From: Escherichia coli
GTDB lineage: Bacteria; Pseudomonadota; Gammaproteobacteria; Enterobacterales; Enterobacteriaceae
Length of the DNA: 64,000 bases
NCBI RefSeq assembly: GCF_024223415.1
Contig: NZ_CP100500.1
Reading direction: 5' to 3' (one strand)
Positions 1 through 10,353 of the stretch are shown here, piece after piece (within the stretch, counting starts at the first letter, position 1; each line of letters begins with the position of its first letter). The notes beneath the pieces were generated by a model. It did not search any database. It was not told where the DNA came from and worked only from the letters and a program-made list of their open reading frames with translations. The position numbers were made by a program, and so were the translations under genes.

Positions 1-35
1 TGAAGCGTATTCACACTTCAGATCAGTGGATTCGA

Positions 36-245
36 TCAGATAGCTGTTACGTTAACAGCTGCCGGACCTTTCTGGCCGTCCTGAATTTCGAACTCAACGT
101 TCTGACCTTCAGCCAGAGTTTTGAAGCCATTACCCTGGATAGCGGAGAAGTGTACGAACACGTCTTTGCTGCCATCAGCAGGAGTAATGAAGCCAAAACC
201 TTTAGACTCGTTGAACCACTTAACCTGACCTTTAATCTTTGCCAT
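36..245 (-). CDS. cspC: cold-shock-domain protein CspC
   Basis: 69-aa [36 protein letters not shown]..., CspA-family with RNP motifs; position next to yobF as in K-12. Confidence 0.93.
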
Positions 246-257
246 TTGAAAAATTCC

Positions 258-401
258 TTAGATTGTTTTCTTCGCCCGCAGGCATAACATAGATAAAACT
301 GACACATTACTGCATGAGGCACCAATATAAGGCTCGGCAGAGAAGCGGTATTCAACGTCAACGTGTTTACTCAGGACTTCTTTACTGAAAATGCCACACA
401 T
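258..401 (-). CDS. yobF: small protein YobF (47 aa)
   Basis: Manual translation of minus strand gives [47 protein letters not shown]; below the 60-aa cutoff of the ORF track. Confidence 0.85.
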
Positions 402-1072
402 AAACAGAACTGTACCTCGTTTAACCCGAAATCTGTTATCACATACAACGTTAATTATGGCAAGCCATTTTTAAACATGTCTCGATCAGACGCACAAATC
501 TCGATACGTCTTCCACTTTTTTTGCACACTTATGCAACGGAATACGCGCCGATATATCATTGTGCTTAACCTTGCCAGTTCCGGCAGATACTTAAACTGG
601 CGTAGTTTCTAACATAGTTCAATAAGTTCAGTTGTTCCAGGCCAGTGGGAGAAGTTATTACATAGTGCGTGCAATATCACATTTTCTGCTATGCAATGAA
701 TAAAAAGTTATATCACTTTTTCTCATAAAACAGTCAGTTAACGGCTATCAATTACCCTAAAGAGAAGTCAATCCCCAAAGGGATTGTAAATTTAAAATAA
801 GAAAAATTGATGAGTGAGCAAAAAAATCAAGAGAGAAACGTTTCGCTAATAAATAATACCACGCTTAATCACAAATCCGATGTAAACATCCTAATAAATT
901 ATAATGAGGAAAATATCTTTTTCTGATATCCCGTTACGCAAATAAATAATATGATAATTATTTGAAGTCAGACCAGAGTTTTAATTTGAAGCAGTTGCAC
1001 CATGACAGTGCGTATAATCAGGATGAATTGAGTAACCCTTCAACGACGGGGTTACTCAAGATTGAGGAAGGA

Positions 1073-1360
1073 TTATCGTTCGGCGACCAGGCGAATAATA
1101 TCTTCGTCTTCAACCGATTTTTGACTCTCAATGGTCTTTTTATCTGCTTTCTCTGGTTCGTTTGCTTCGCACAAACGACGTAACAGTGCATTTTGACGTT
1201 TTTGCTGATCCAGCAACGCCTCAAGCAGTTCAATCTGTTCGTTAGTCCGAGAACTGGCACGATTAATAAAAAACCACAAGATGAGCCCGATAAGAAGAAC
1301 CACCACCGATACAACCAAAGACGCAATGTTCATCACGCCTGAATTTACAACTTCGTTCAT
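1073..1360 (-). CDS. yebO: small membrane protein YebO
   Basis: 95-aa ORF with N-terminal TM helix; position matches K-12. Confidence 0.85.
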   Translation of the reverse strand: MNEVVNSGVMNIASLVVSVVVLLIGLILWFFINRASSRTNEQIELLEALLDQQKRQNALLRRLCEANEPEKADKKTIESQKSVEDEDIIRLVAER

Positions 1361-1434
1361 TTCACCACCTCTGAGTAGAGGCGCTATTCTACCACTGCTG
1401 GAGAGGAAGAAAATCTAGTGCTGAAAAAATGATA

Positions 1435-1578
1435 TCACCACGGGATAAACTGGTTAATGGCACAAATTCCGCTGAAAAATTGTACATCCTGATCGCACAT
1501 CATGTTGAATACCTGCGCCCAAAGCAGCAAGCAAGCCAACACCACGACAACCAGAACGACCCATCGAAACTTTTTCAC
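1435..1578 (-). CDS. mgrB: PhoQ-inhibitory small membrane protein MgrB (47 aa, GTG start)
   Basis: Manual translation gives [47 protein letters not shown]; not in ORF track because under 60 aa. Confidence 0.85.
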
Positions 1579-1736
1579 TCCAATCTCCGTTTCACCTACC
1601 TTATGTCATTAAACTAGCATGCGTTAGTTAAACAGCGCCTAACTATGTCGATATTCGTGCTTTTTCGGAATGAGTCGCTTGCTTCAGCGCATATTGCCGC
1701 TACGATTAAGCGAACATAAAAAGAGAAGAGGTTGTA

Positions 1737-1976
1737 ATGCGATTCATCATTCGCACAGTTATGCTGATAGCACTGGTATGGATAGGATTATTACTCAGCG
1801 GATATGGCGTTTTGATTGGAAGCAAAGAGAATGCCGCAGGATTAGGTTTGCAATGTACCTATCTGACTGCCAGAGGCACCAGCACGGTACAATACTTGCA
1901 CACTAAAAGTGGTTTTTTGGGGATAACAGATTGCCCGCTGTTACGCAAAAGCAATATCGTGGTCGATAATGGTTAA
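1737..1976 (+). CDS. yobH: small protein YobH
   Basis: 79-aa ORF with signal/TM segment; K-12 synteny. Confidence 0.8.
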   Translation: MRFIIRTVMLIALVWIGLLLSGYGVLIGSKENAAGLGLQCTYLTARGTSTVQYLHTKSGFLGITDCPLLRKSNIVVDNG

Positions 1977-2119
1977 GGGCAATAAATAACCAGATTCTCA
2001 CTCCTGAGTAAAATACTCTTATAGCAAGCGCGTTTAATATAACGCCACCTTCAACTTTATTTTTCTCATGCTAAATAAAGAACCTGTCTGTTTGATATTC
2101 CGACAGGTTCTTACTCTCA

Positions 2120-2911
2120 TCAGAACGGATAGTCGTGATAACCCATTTGGGCAGAAATTTTGCGCGCTGCGGTATGCAACATTGCGACATATTCCTGTAA
2201 ACGCTCTTCAGAGAAACGCAACGTCGGGAAGGAGATGCTCAAACCGGCAATGACCACGCCAAAGCGATCAAATACCGGTACCGCAATGCATCGCAGCCCT
2301 TCTTCCTGCTCTTCGTTATCTTCGCCATACCCCTGCTCGCGCACCTGGTCCAGAACGGGTAATAACGCTTCTGTACTGGTGATGGTCCGCTCGGTACTGC
2401 GTTTATACTCCACGCCCTCAAGAATTTGCTTCACTTCATCGCGATCGCGCCATGCCAGCAGTACCTTACCAATCGCGGTGCTGTACAGCGGATTACGACG
2501 CCCAATCCGTGAATACATGCGCAAATTGTACATAGAGTCAATTTTGTGAATGTAAACAATACTGTCTTCGTCCAGTGCGCCGAGGTGGATAGTTTCTTTG
2601 GTCAGGCGGGAGATCTCACGCATCTGGATATCTGCGCTACGAATTAAATCGACGTTTTGTAACGCGCGAGCGCCCAGTTCAAACAATTTCAGGGTCAGGG
2701 AATATTTCTCCGACTCCCCTTCCTGCGCCACATAACCTAAGGTTTTCATGGTCTGTAAAAAGCGATAAACGGTGCTTTTTGACATCATGACGCGCTGCGA
2801 CAGCTCGGTTATCCCTATTTCGCGCTCTTCACCCAGCGCCTGCAAAATGCCAAAAACTTTTAGCACGGAAGATACAGAATCAGGCTGTTTATCCAGATCT
2901 GCGTTAGCCAT
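2120..2911 (-). CDS. kdgR: IclR-family transcriptional repressor KdgR
   Basis: 263-aa ORF with N-terminal HTH and IclR effector domain; synteny. Confidence 0.92.
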   Translation of the reverse strand: MANADLDKQPDSVSSVLKVFGILQALGEEREIGITELSQRVMMSKSTVYRFLQTMKTLGYVAQEGESEKYSLTLKLFELGARALQNVDLIRSADIQMREISRLTKETIHLGALDEDSIVYIHKIDSMYNLRMYSRIGRRNPLYSTAIGKVLLAWRDRDEVKQILEGVEYKRSTERTITSTEALLPVLDQVREQGYGEDNEEQEEGLRCIAVPVFDRFGVVIAGLSISFPTLRFSEERLQEYVAMLHTAARKISAQMGYHDYPF

Positions 2912-3087
2912 TTATCACCTCATTGCGAGTGTTTTATAAAAATCAGAACTGTTTTTTATTATAATTTCGCACCAGGGTGGTCGCAATCCATCTTTTGCCG
3001 GTTAGTTACAATTCTGCGACATCCACCGTGAATATCAGTGCTAGAATCATACCCCTGTTGATTATTCACCAAAGATATAAAATTCCT

Positions 3088-4461
3088 ATGCCAAAAGTTC
3101 AGGCCGACGGCCTGCCATTGCCCCAGCGATACGGTGCGATATTAACCATTGTGATTGGTATTTCGATGGCTGTCCTTGACGGCGCAATCGCCAACGTCGC
3201 CCTGCCAACAATCGCCACGGACCTTCATGCCACGCCAGCCAGTTCCATCTGGGTAGTGAACGCCTATCAAATCGCCATTGTCATCTCCCTGCTCTCGTTT
3301 TCGTTTCTGGGCGATATGTTTGGCTATCGACGTATTTATAAATGCGGTCTGGTCGTTTTTCTGTTGTCTTCACTGTTCTGCGCCCTTTCTGATTCGCTGC
3401 AAATGCTCACCCTTGCGCGTGTCATACAAGGTTTCGGCGGTGCAGCGTTGATGAGCGTTAATACCGCACTTATCCGCCTGATCTATCCACAACGTTTTCT
3501 GGGTAGAGGGATGGGCATAAACTCGTTTATTGTTGCCGTCTCTTCTGCTGCCGGGCCGACAATTGCTGCAGCAATCCTCTCCATCGCATCCTGGAAATGG
3601 TTATTTTTAATCAACGTACCGTTAGGTATTATCGCCCTGCTTCTGGCGATGCGTTTTCTGCCGCCCAATGGTTCTCGCGCCAGTAAACCCCGTTTCGACC
3701 TGCCCAGCGCCGTGATGAACGCGTTAACCTTCGGCCTGCTTATCACTGCGTTGAGTGGTTTCGCTCATGGGCAATCGCTGACGTTAATTGCTGCGGAACT
3801 GGTGGTAATGGTTGTTGTTGGTATTTTCTTTATTCGCCGCCAGCTTTCTCTTCCAGTACCGCTGCTACCGGTGGATTTACTGCGTATCCCGCTGTTTTCA
3901 CTTTCTATTTGCACATCTGTTTGCTCTATCTGCGCACAAATGCTGGCAATGGTTTCCCTGCCCTTTTACCTGCAAACCGTGCTCGGGCGTAGTGAAGTCG
4001 AAACAGGTTTACTTCTGACACCGTGGCCGTTAGCAACGATGGTGATGGCTCCGCTGGCAGGCTATTTGATTGAACGCGTACATGCAGGATTGCTGGGTGC
4101 TTTAGGATTATTCATCATGGCTGCGGGGCTTTTTTCCCTGGTTCTGCTGCCCGCGTCACCTGCGGATATCAATATTATCTGGCCGATGATCTTATGTGGC
4201 GCTGGATTTGGCTTGTTCCAGTCACCCAATAACCACACCATTATTACCTCCGCGCCTCGCGAACGTAGCGGTGGAGCCAGTGGCATGTTAGGAACGGCTC
4301 GTCTACTGGGTCAGAGTAGCGGCGCGGCGCTGGTGGCGCTGATGCTAAATCAGTTTGGAGATAATGGTACACACGTCTCGCTGATGGCTGCGGCTATTCT
4401 GGCAGTGATTGCTGCCTGTATCAGTGGGTTACGTATCACTCAGCCACGATCCAGGGCATAA
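3088..4461 (+). CDS. yebQ: MFS transporter YebQ
   Basis: Multi-TM MFS protein; start placed at internal Met (MPKVQADG...) to give the 457-aa K-12 length; the ORF track extends 37 codons upstream. Confidence 0.85.
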   Translation: MPKVQADGLPLPQRYGAILTIVIGISMAVLDGAIANVALPTIATDLHATPASSIWVVNAYQIAIVISLLSFSFLGDMFGYRRIYKCGLVVFLLSSLFCALSDSLQMLTLARVIQGFGGAALMSVNTALIRLIYPQRFLGRGMGINSFIVAVSSAAGPTIAAAILSIASWKWLFLINVPLGIIALLLAMRFLPPNGSRASKPRFDLPSAVMNALTFGLLITALSGFAHGQSLTLIAAELVVMVVVGIFFIRRQLSLPVPLLPVDLLRIPLFSLSICTSVCSICAQMLAMVSLPFYLQTVLGRSEVETGLLLTPWPLATMVMAPLAGYLIERVHAGLLGALGLFIMAAGLFSLVLLPASPADINIIWPMILCGAGFGLFQSPNNHTIITSAPRERSGGASGMLGTARLLGQSSGAALVALMLNQFGDNGTHVSLMAAAILAVIAACISGLRITQPRSRA

Positions 4462-4491
4462 AAAAAGCGCGTCGAGCAGGACGCGCTTTTT
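4461..4491. terminator. bidirectional intrinsic terminator between yebQ and htpX
   Basis: GCGCGTC-gagcag-GACGCGC stem-loop flanked by an A-run upstream and T-run downstream. Confidence 0.7.
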
Positions 4492-4506
4492 AGTATTTAC
4501 TTCATA

Positions 4507-5388
4507 TTACTTCAGGTATTCACCCGTACGCAGAGCTTCAATACGTTTATCCAGCGGCGGGTGAGTCATAAACAACTCACTGAGCGATTTCGACTTACCG
4601 TTAATGCAGAAAGCCATCATGCTGGTTGCTTCTTGCGGTTCATAGCTGGTTTTCAGGCGCTGCAGCGCGGCAATCATTTTCTCGCGACCAACCAGTTTTG
4701 CCGAACCGGCATCAGCATGGAATTCACGATGACGCGAGAACCACATGGTGATAATGCTCGCCAGAATACCAAACACCAGTTCCAGAACCGTTGCAACCGC
4801 AAAGTAGATCAGCGGGTTGCCGTTGCTCTCTTCACCTTCATCACGATTTCCGCCCATAAAACCCGCGGCAAGCTGCGCCAGAATACGGGAAATAAAGATA
4901 ACGAAGGTATTCACCACGCCCTGAATCAGCGTCATGGTGACCATATCGCCATTGGCGATGTGGCTGATTTCGTGAGCAATTACCGCCTCGGCTTCATCCG
5001 GGCTCATGTTCTGCAGCAAACCGGTGCTGACAGCAACCAGAGAGGCATCACGGCGCGCACCGGTTGCAAAAGCGTTGATGTCCGGCGCATGGTAGATAGC
5101 CACTTGCGGCATAGCGATCCCCGCCTGACGAGCCTGGGTTGCTACAGTATTGACCAGCCAACGTTCCCTTTCGTTACGCGGTTGCTCGATCACTTCCCCG
5201 CCAACAGATCGTAATGCCATCCATTTGGACATCAGAAGCGAAACGAAAGAACCACCAAAACCGAACAGCAAGGCCATGATCATCAGCCCCTGAACGCTGC
5301 TCGACTGTATCCCTGTCAGGCTCAGTACCAGCCCGAAAACGACCATTACGGCCAGGTTCGTTAGCAGGAAGAGCGCGATTCGCATCAT
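4507..5388 (-). CDS. htpX: membrane zinc metalloprotease HtpX
   Basis: 293-aa ORF with HEISH (HExxH) motif and TM segments. Confidence 0.95.
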
Positions 5389-5579
5389 AATTTTCTTTTT
5401 ACCTCAGTTTAACAAAACGCAATATGCGATACCCACATCGTATGGGTTACGCGACTATTTTCAAGTCTGGATAGTGCGTAAGTCACCAGAAAGACACAAC
5501 TTTACATTTTGTAGCATCTGATTTACGGCATCTTGCCGCTGTTAAAAAATCAGGCACAATTTCTTGTGCCTGATTGATA

Positions 5580-7628
5580 TTACTTGACGGGTGCGGGTTG
5601 TTCCGCGGGTCTGGCTTTTTCAAGCTTCGCCAGATCGAGTGCGATATTCACCGTCTCATCCAGATAAGGATCCGGCTCCTGGTAATCTTTCGGTAGATCA
5701 TCCAGTTTCTTCAACTCCGGTTTACCTTCGCGTTTAAAGCGTTCGTTCAAACGCGCCAGACGCGTCGCATCATCTTCATTATTCTCTTTCTCACGCACAG
5801 CGTAATTCAGAGAAACGATATTGCGCTTGTCCTTCATGGCGTTGAAGCGCGCGATATCCTTCATGATGTTCTGGAACTCAGGATCTTTCGCGATACGCGC
5901 ATTATGTTCCTTCAGCAGCTCCGGTTCAAAGGCCGTTAAATCGCCTGATTTCACATAGGTCGCGGCATCAATGCTATCCCACGGCAGCGCGTTATCTTCG
6001 AATTTCTCACCCGTTTCCGTTTCTTCATTACCCGTCGGCATGATGATGTCTGGCGTTACGCCTTTACGTTGCGTACTGCCGCCGTTAACGCGATAGAATT
6101 TCTGGATCGTGTACTGCACAGATCCCAGCGCTGGCCATTCAGGACGTAACATCTGATCGTAGATACGGTTCAATGAACGGTATTGCTGAACGGTGCCTTT
6201 ACCAAACGTCGGTTCACCCACAACCAGCGCACGACCGTAATCCTGCATTGCCGCGGCAAAAATTTCTGAAGCCGAAGCACTGAAACGGTCAACCAGTACC
6301 ACCAGCGGGCCTTTATAGAAGACCTGTCCGTCGGTATCGCTGTCTTCACGAACTTTACCGTTGTTATCGCGGACCTGAACAATAGGACCCGCAGGAATAA
6401 ACAGACCTGAGAGCGATACCGCTTCGGTCAACGCCCCACCGCCATTGCTACGCAGGTCGATGATCACACTGCTGACATTCTGTTTTTCCAGTTTCTGCAG
6501 TTGTACTTTGACATCGTCTGTCAAACCCACATAGAAGCCCGGAATATCCAGTACGCCGACTTTCTCTTTACCGACGGTCTTCACCGACATTTTAACCGCG
6601 CGGTCTTCGAGACGAATACGTTCACGGGTCAATGTTACAGTGCGGGTCTTGGTCCCTTTACCAGCAGGTAAAATTTCCAGACGAACTTTACTGCCCTTCG
6701 GCCCTTTAATTAAGGCAACCACATCATCAAGACGCCAGCCAATCACGTCAACCATCGGCTTGCCTGTTTGACCAACACCGACAATTTTGTCACCAACGCT
6801 GATAGCTTTACTCTTCGCTGCCGGACCACCTGCCACCATCGAATTGATAACGGTGTAGTCATCATCCATTTGCAGCACTGCGCCAATACCTTCCAGCGAC
6901 AAACTCATTTCAGTGTTGAACTGTTCGGTATTACGCGGGGAAAGATAGTTGGTATGCGGGTCGATTTCACGCGCAAACGCCGTCATTGCCAGCGAGAAAA
7001 CATCTTCGCTGTTGGTTTGCGCCAGACGACGAATGGCAAATTTGTAGCGGCGAGTCAGGGTTTCACGAATTTCTTTATCCGTTTTTCCTGCCAGCTTCAG
7101 GCTTAACTCGTCGAATTTGACTTTACTGTCCCACAGCGCGTTCAACTCAGCCTCGTTTTTCGGCCAGGGCGCTTTGCTGCGGTCAAGGTTATAAGTGTCG
7201 TTGCCGGTGAAATCCATCGGCTTTTCCAGTACCGACAAAGCGTACTGGTAACGTTCAAAACGACGCTTTTGCGCCAGATTGTAGAGATCGTAGAAAACGT
7301 CGAGTTTGCCTGAACGCAGTTCATCGCCTAACTCGGTTTTCTTTTTCGCGAACTGTTCAACATCGCTTGCCAACAGCACGTTGTGGCTGTAATCGAGCAG
7401 ATTCAGGTAGCGGTCAAAGATTTTGGCCGAAAATGCCTGATCGAGGTCAAACTGGCGATAATGAGAACGGGTGAAGCGCGACGTTACGCGCTCACTTACC
7501 GTCGCATGCTGCGTCTCTTCCTTTAATACCGGAATTTGATCAGCACGCGTGATATCTTCTACAGCGAAGGTCTGGCCTGCTATTGCAAGCAGGCCAGCTA
7601 ACGCGGTAAGCCTAAAAAACATGTTCAT
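5580..7628 (-). CDS. prc: tail-specific periplasmic protease Prc (Tsp)
   Basis: 682-aa product from Met MNMFFRLTALAGLLA (signal peptide), PDZ/S41 peptidase; the ORF track extends 16 codons upstream. Confidence 0.95.
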   Translation of the reverse strand: MNMFFRLTALAGLLAIAGQTFAVEDITRADQIPVLKEETQHATVSERVTSRFTRSHYRQFDLDQAFSAKIFDRYLNLLDYSHNVLLASDVEQFAKKKTELGDELRSGKLDVFYDLYNLAQKRRFERYQYALSVLEKPMDFTGNDTYNLDRSKAPWPKNEAELNALWDSKVKFDELSLKLAGKTDKEIRETLTRRYKFAIRRLAQTNSEDVFSLAMTAFAREIDPHTNYLSPRNTEQFNTEMSLSLEGIGAVLQMDDDYTVINSMVAGGPAAKSKAISVGDKIVGVGQTGKPMVDVIGWRLDDVVALIKGPKGSKVRLEILPAGKGTKTRTVTLTRERIRLEDRAVKMSVKTVGKEKVGVLDIPGFYVGLTDDVKVQLQKLEKQNVSSVIIDLRSNGGGALTEAVSLSGLFIPAGPIVQVRDNNGKVREDSDTDGQVFYKGPLVVLVDRFSASASEIFAAAMQDYGRALVVGEPTFGKGTVQQYRSLNRIYDQMLRPEWPALGSVQYTIQKFYRVNGGSTQRKGVTPDIIMPTGNEETETGEKFEDNALPWDSIDAATYVKSGDLTAFEPELLKEHNARIAKDPEFQNIMKDIARFNAMKDKRNIVSLNYAVREKENNEDDATRLARLNERFKREGKPELKKLDDLPKDYQEPDPYLDETVNIALDLAKLEKARPAEQPAPVK

Positions 7629-7647
7629 GCCTGGCCCGGCCTCCGTT

Positions 7648-8346
7648 TCAGAACACCAGGTGTTCTGCGCGCACAATCAAAGACATACCCGAATTCAGCT
7701 GGACGCGGACGCCGTCTTTGGTGATTTCTAATACGGTGGCATCCATCGCGTTTTGACCCGCTTTCACCTTCAGGGCTTGTCCGACAGTCAGAGCTGAAAT
7801 GTCAGAAACTGGGGTGTGCTGTTCTTCGCGAGGTGCTTTTGCTGTTTTTGGCGCTTTCTCTACCGGCTTTTGCGCACGAGGTTTACGTTCAGCGCCTTCT
7901 TTGCGGCGTGGCGTGGTCGGACGTGGCTTGCGTTCGCGACGCGGTGCGTCTTCTTTCTCACCAGCAGCTGCGGCAGCTTCGCGTTTTTTCGCTTGCTGTT
8001 CAGCACGCTGTGCCTGAACACGCGCTTTCGCTTCTTCAAGCTGCTTGCGAGCATGCTCTACATGTTGCTCGTCCAGCTCACCGCATGGGTTGCCGTCAAG
8101 ATCGACACGCGTTGCGCCGGGTTTAACACCGTAAAGGTAACGCCAGCTCGAAGTGTAGAGACGTAAAGCGGATCGTAATTGCGTTTTGCTCAGGTTCATT
8201 TCCCCGGCAACACGATCGACCAAATCCTGAAAAATACCGATTTTCAGCGGACGCGCTTCACCTTCCGCACTGAAACAGTGGGGAAAACGTTCGGCCAGAA
8301 ACGCGATTACTTCTTTACTGCTATTCAACTTAGGTTGATTTTCCAT
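7648..8346 (-). CDS. proQ: RNA chaperone ProQ
   Basis: 232-aa ORF with FinO-like N-domain and lysine/arginine-rich linker. Confidence 0.95.
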   Translation of the reverse strand: MENQPKLNSSKEVIAFLAERFPHCFSAEGEARPLKIGIFQDLVDRVAGEMNLSKTQLRSALRLYTSSWRYLYGVKPGATRVDLDGNPCGELDEQHVEHARKQLEEAKARVQAQRAEQQAKKREAAAAAGEKEDAPRRERKPRPTTPRRKEGAERKPRAQKPVEKAPKTAKAPREEQHTPVSDISALTVGQALKVKAGQNAMDATVLEITKDGVRVQLNSGMSLIVRAEHLVF

Positions 8347-8442
8347 GAAATTTCCTGATTACAACGGACGTAGCCAACAAGCGCAGGCATGAACAGGCGT
8401 CATTATAATGACGCTATCAGTAAATGCTACGTTATCCGTTGA

Positions 8443-8940
8443 TTATCCTGCGACGCTCGCAAAGAATTTTTTGTAATCCGTCGTTGCAAGCACTTTTTCA
8501 AGCTGTGCCACAAGCTGACGTAAGCCTTGCTCGTCCTCGTCTGTAAAGCGACCGAAGACGGTACTATCGATGTCGAGAACACCAATAATCTGATTTTTCA
8601 CCACCAGCGGCAGAACAATTTCAGAATTACTCGCCGCATCACAGGCAATATGCCCGTCAAACGCGTGAACATCCTCGATACGCTGCACTTGATTGCGGGC
8701 AACCGCAGTGCCGCACACGCCGCGCCCGACGGGTATCCGGACACAGGCAATTTTGCCCTGAAATGGTCCGAGCACCAGTGTATCGTCCTCAAGCAAATAA
8801 AAACCTGCCCAGTTTACGTCAGTGAGACGCTCATATAACAACGCACTGGTGTTCGCAAGCGTTGCCAGAAAACTGGTTTCTCCCGCCATCAGCGCGTTAA
8901 AGTCGCGATTTAAATCCGCGTAAAATTCTGTTTTGTTCAT
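8443..8940 (-). CDS. msrC: free methionine-(R)-sulfoxide reductase MsrC (GAF domain)
   Basis: 165-aa product from Met MNKTEFYADL; GAF-domain protein; synteny. Confidence 0.9.
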   Translation of the reverse strand: MNKTEFYADLNRDFNALMAGETSFLATLANTSALLYERLTDVNWAGFYLLEDDTLVLGPFQGKIACVRIPVGRGVCGTAVARNQVQRIEDVHAFDGHIACDAASNSEIVLPLVVKNQIIGVLDIDSTVFGRFTDEDEQGLRQLVAQLEKVLATTDYKKFFASVAG

Positions 8941-9069
8941 TATATAATCACTTGGTTGTCTTACCTGGAACTGCCAGCCTATTAAAATAAGCATTAAATG
9001 CGTTAATGCTCAAGATCATTCCCATCATGGGTTAAGATTAATGTTAATTCTTATTACATTTGGCACGTC

Positions 9070-10353
9070 ATGGCTCTTAACACACCACAAATTACGCCGA
9101 CAAAAAAGATAACAGTGAGGGCAATCGGCGAGGAACTGCCGCGTGGTGATTACCAACGTTGTCCGCAATGTGACATGCTGTTTAGCCTACCCGAGATAAA
9201 TTCTCATCAGAGTGCCTATTGTCCGCGCTGTCAGGCAAAAATTCGCGACGGGCGCGACTGGTCGCTAACGCGCCTGGCGGCAATGGCCTTCACCATGCTG
9301 TTGCTTATGCCGTTTGCCTGGGGCGAACCGCTGTTGCATATCTGGCTGTTAGGTATTCGTATCGACGCCAATGTCATGCAAGGCATCTGGCAAATGACCA
9401 AACAGGGCGATACGATAACGGGGGCGATGGTCTTTTTCTGCGTTATTGGTGCCCCCCTCATTCTGGTGTCCTCCATAGCATATTTATGGTTTGGTAACCG
9501 ACTGGGAATGAATTTACGTCCGGTACTGCTGATGCTTGAGCGACTTAAAGAGTGGGTAATGCTCGATATCTACCTGGTCGGCATTGGCGTTGCTTCTATA
9601 AAGGTACAGGATTATGCCCATATCCAGGCGGGTGTCGGCTTGTTCTCTTTTGTGGCGTTGGTGATTTTAACGACGGTGACGTTGTCACATCTTAATGTCG
9701 AAGAACTGTGGGAGCGATTTTATCCGCAGCGTCCCGCTACGCGTAGGGACGAGAAACTTCGTGTCTGTCTTGGGTGCCATTTTACCGGCTATCCTGATCA
9801 GCGTGGTCGCTGCCCGCGTTGTCATATTCCGCTACGCCTGCGTCGCCGTCATAGTTTGCAAAAATGCTGGGCGGCGCTGTTAGCGTCAATCGTTTTGTTG
9901 TTACCTGCCAACCTGTTGCCTATTTCTATCATTTATCTGAATGGTGGCCGGCAGGAAGATACGATTCTTTCCGGGATTATGTCGCTGGCAAGTAGCAACA
10001 TTGCCGTTGCGGGAATCGTGTTTATCGCCAGTATTCTGGTACCGTTTACTAAAGTGATCGTCATGTTCACTTTACTGTTGAGCATTCATTTTAAATGCCA
10101 GCAAGGTTTACGCACACGCATTCTGTTACTGCGAATGGTGACCTGGATTGGTCGCTGGTCGATGCTCGACCTGTTTGTCATATCTTTAACCATGTCGCTG
10201 ATTAATCGCGATCAGATCCTCGCTTTTACTATGGGACCGGCTGCGTTTTATTTCGGCGCAGCGGTAATTTTGACTATTCTTGCTGTGGAATGGCTGGACA
10301 GCCGCTTACTTTGGGATGCACATGAGTCAGGAAACGCCCGCTTCGACGACTGA
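9070..10353 (+). CDS. letA: inner-membrane protein LetA (YebS), PqiA-like
   Basis: 427-aa polytopic membrane protein with two Cys-x2-Cys pairs; precedes letB. Confidence 0.9.
   Translation: MALNTPQITPTKKITVRAIGEELPRGDYQRCPQCDMLFSLPEINSHQSAYCPRCQAKIRDGRDWSLTRLAAMAFTMLLLMPFAWGEPLLHIWLLGIRIDANVMQGIWQMTKQGDTITGAMVFFCVIGAPLILVSSIAYLWFGNRLGMNLRPVLLMLERLKEWVMLDIYLVGIGVASIKVQDYAHIQAGVGLFSFVALVILTTVTLSHLNVEELWERFYPQRPATRRDEKLRVCLGCHFTGYPDQRGRCPRCHIPLRLRRRHSLQKCWAALLASIVLLLPANLLPISIIYLNGGRQEDTILSGIMSLASSNIAVAGIVFIASILVPFTKVIVMFTLLLSIHFKCQQGLRTRILLLRMVTWIGRWSMLDLFVISLTMSLINRDQILAFTMGPAAFYFGAAVILTILAVEWLDSRLLWDAHESGNARFDD

Noticed and set aside
47-361. 104-aa minus-strand ORF overlapping cspC and yobF in another frame
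   Set aside because: Overlaps two well-supported genes (cspC and the manually translated yobF); frame artefact.
1579-1660. PhoP box upstream of mgrB
   Set aside because: mgrB is known to be PhoP-activated, but I could not confidently place a (T/G)GTTTA-N5-(T/G)GTTTA direct repeat here (only TGTTTA and TAGTTTA at non-canonical spacing), so it is not annotated.
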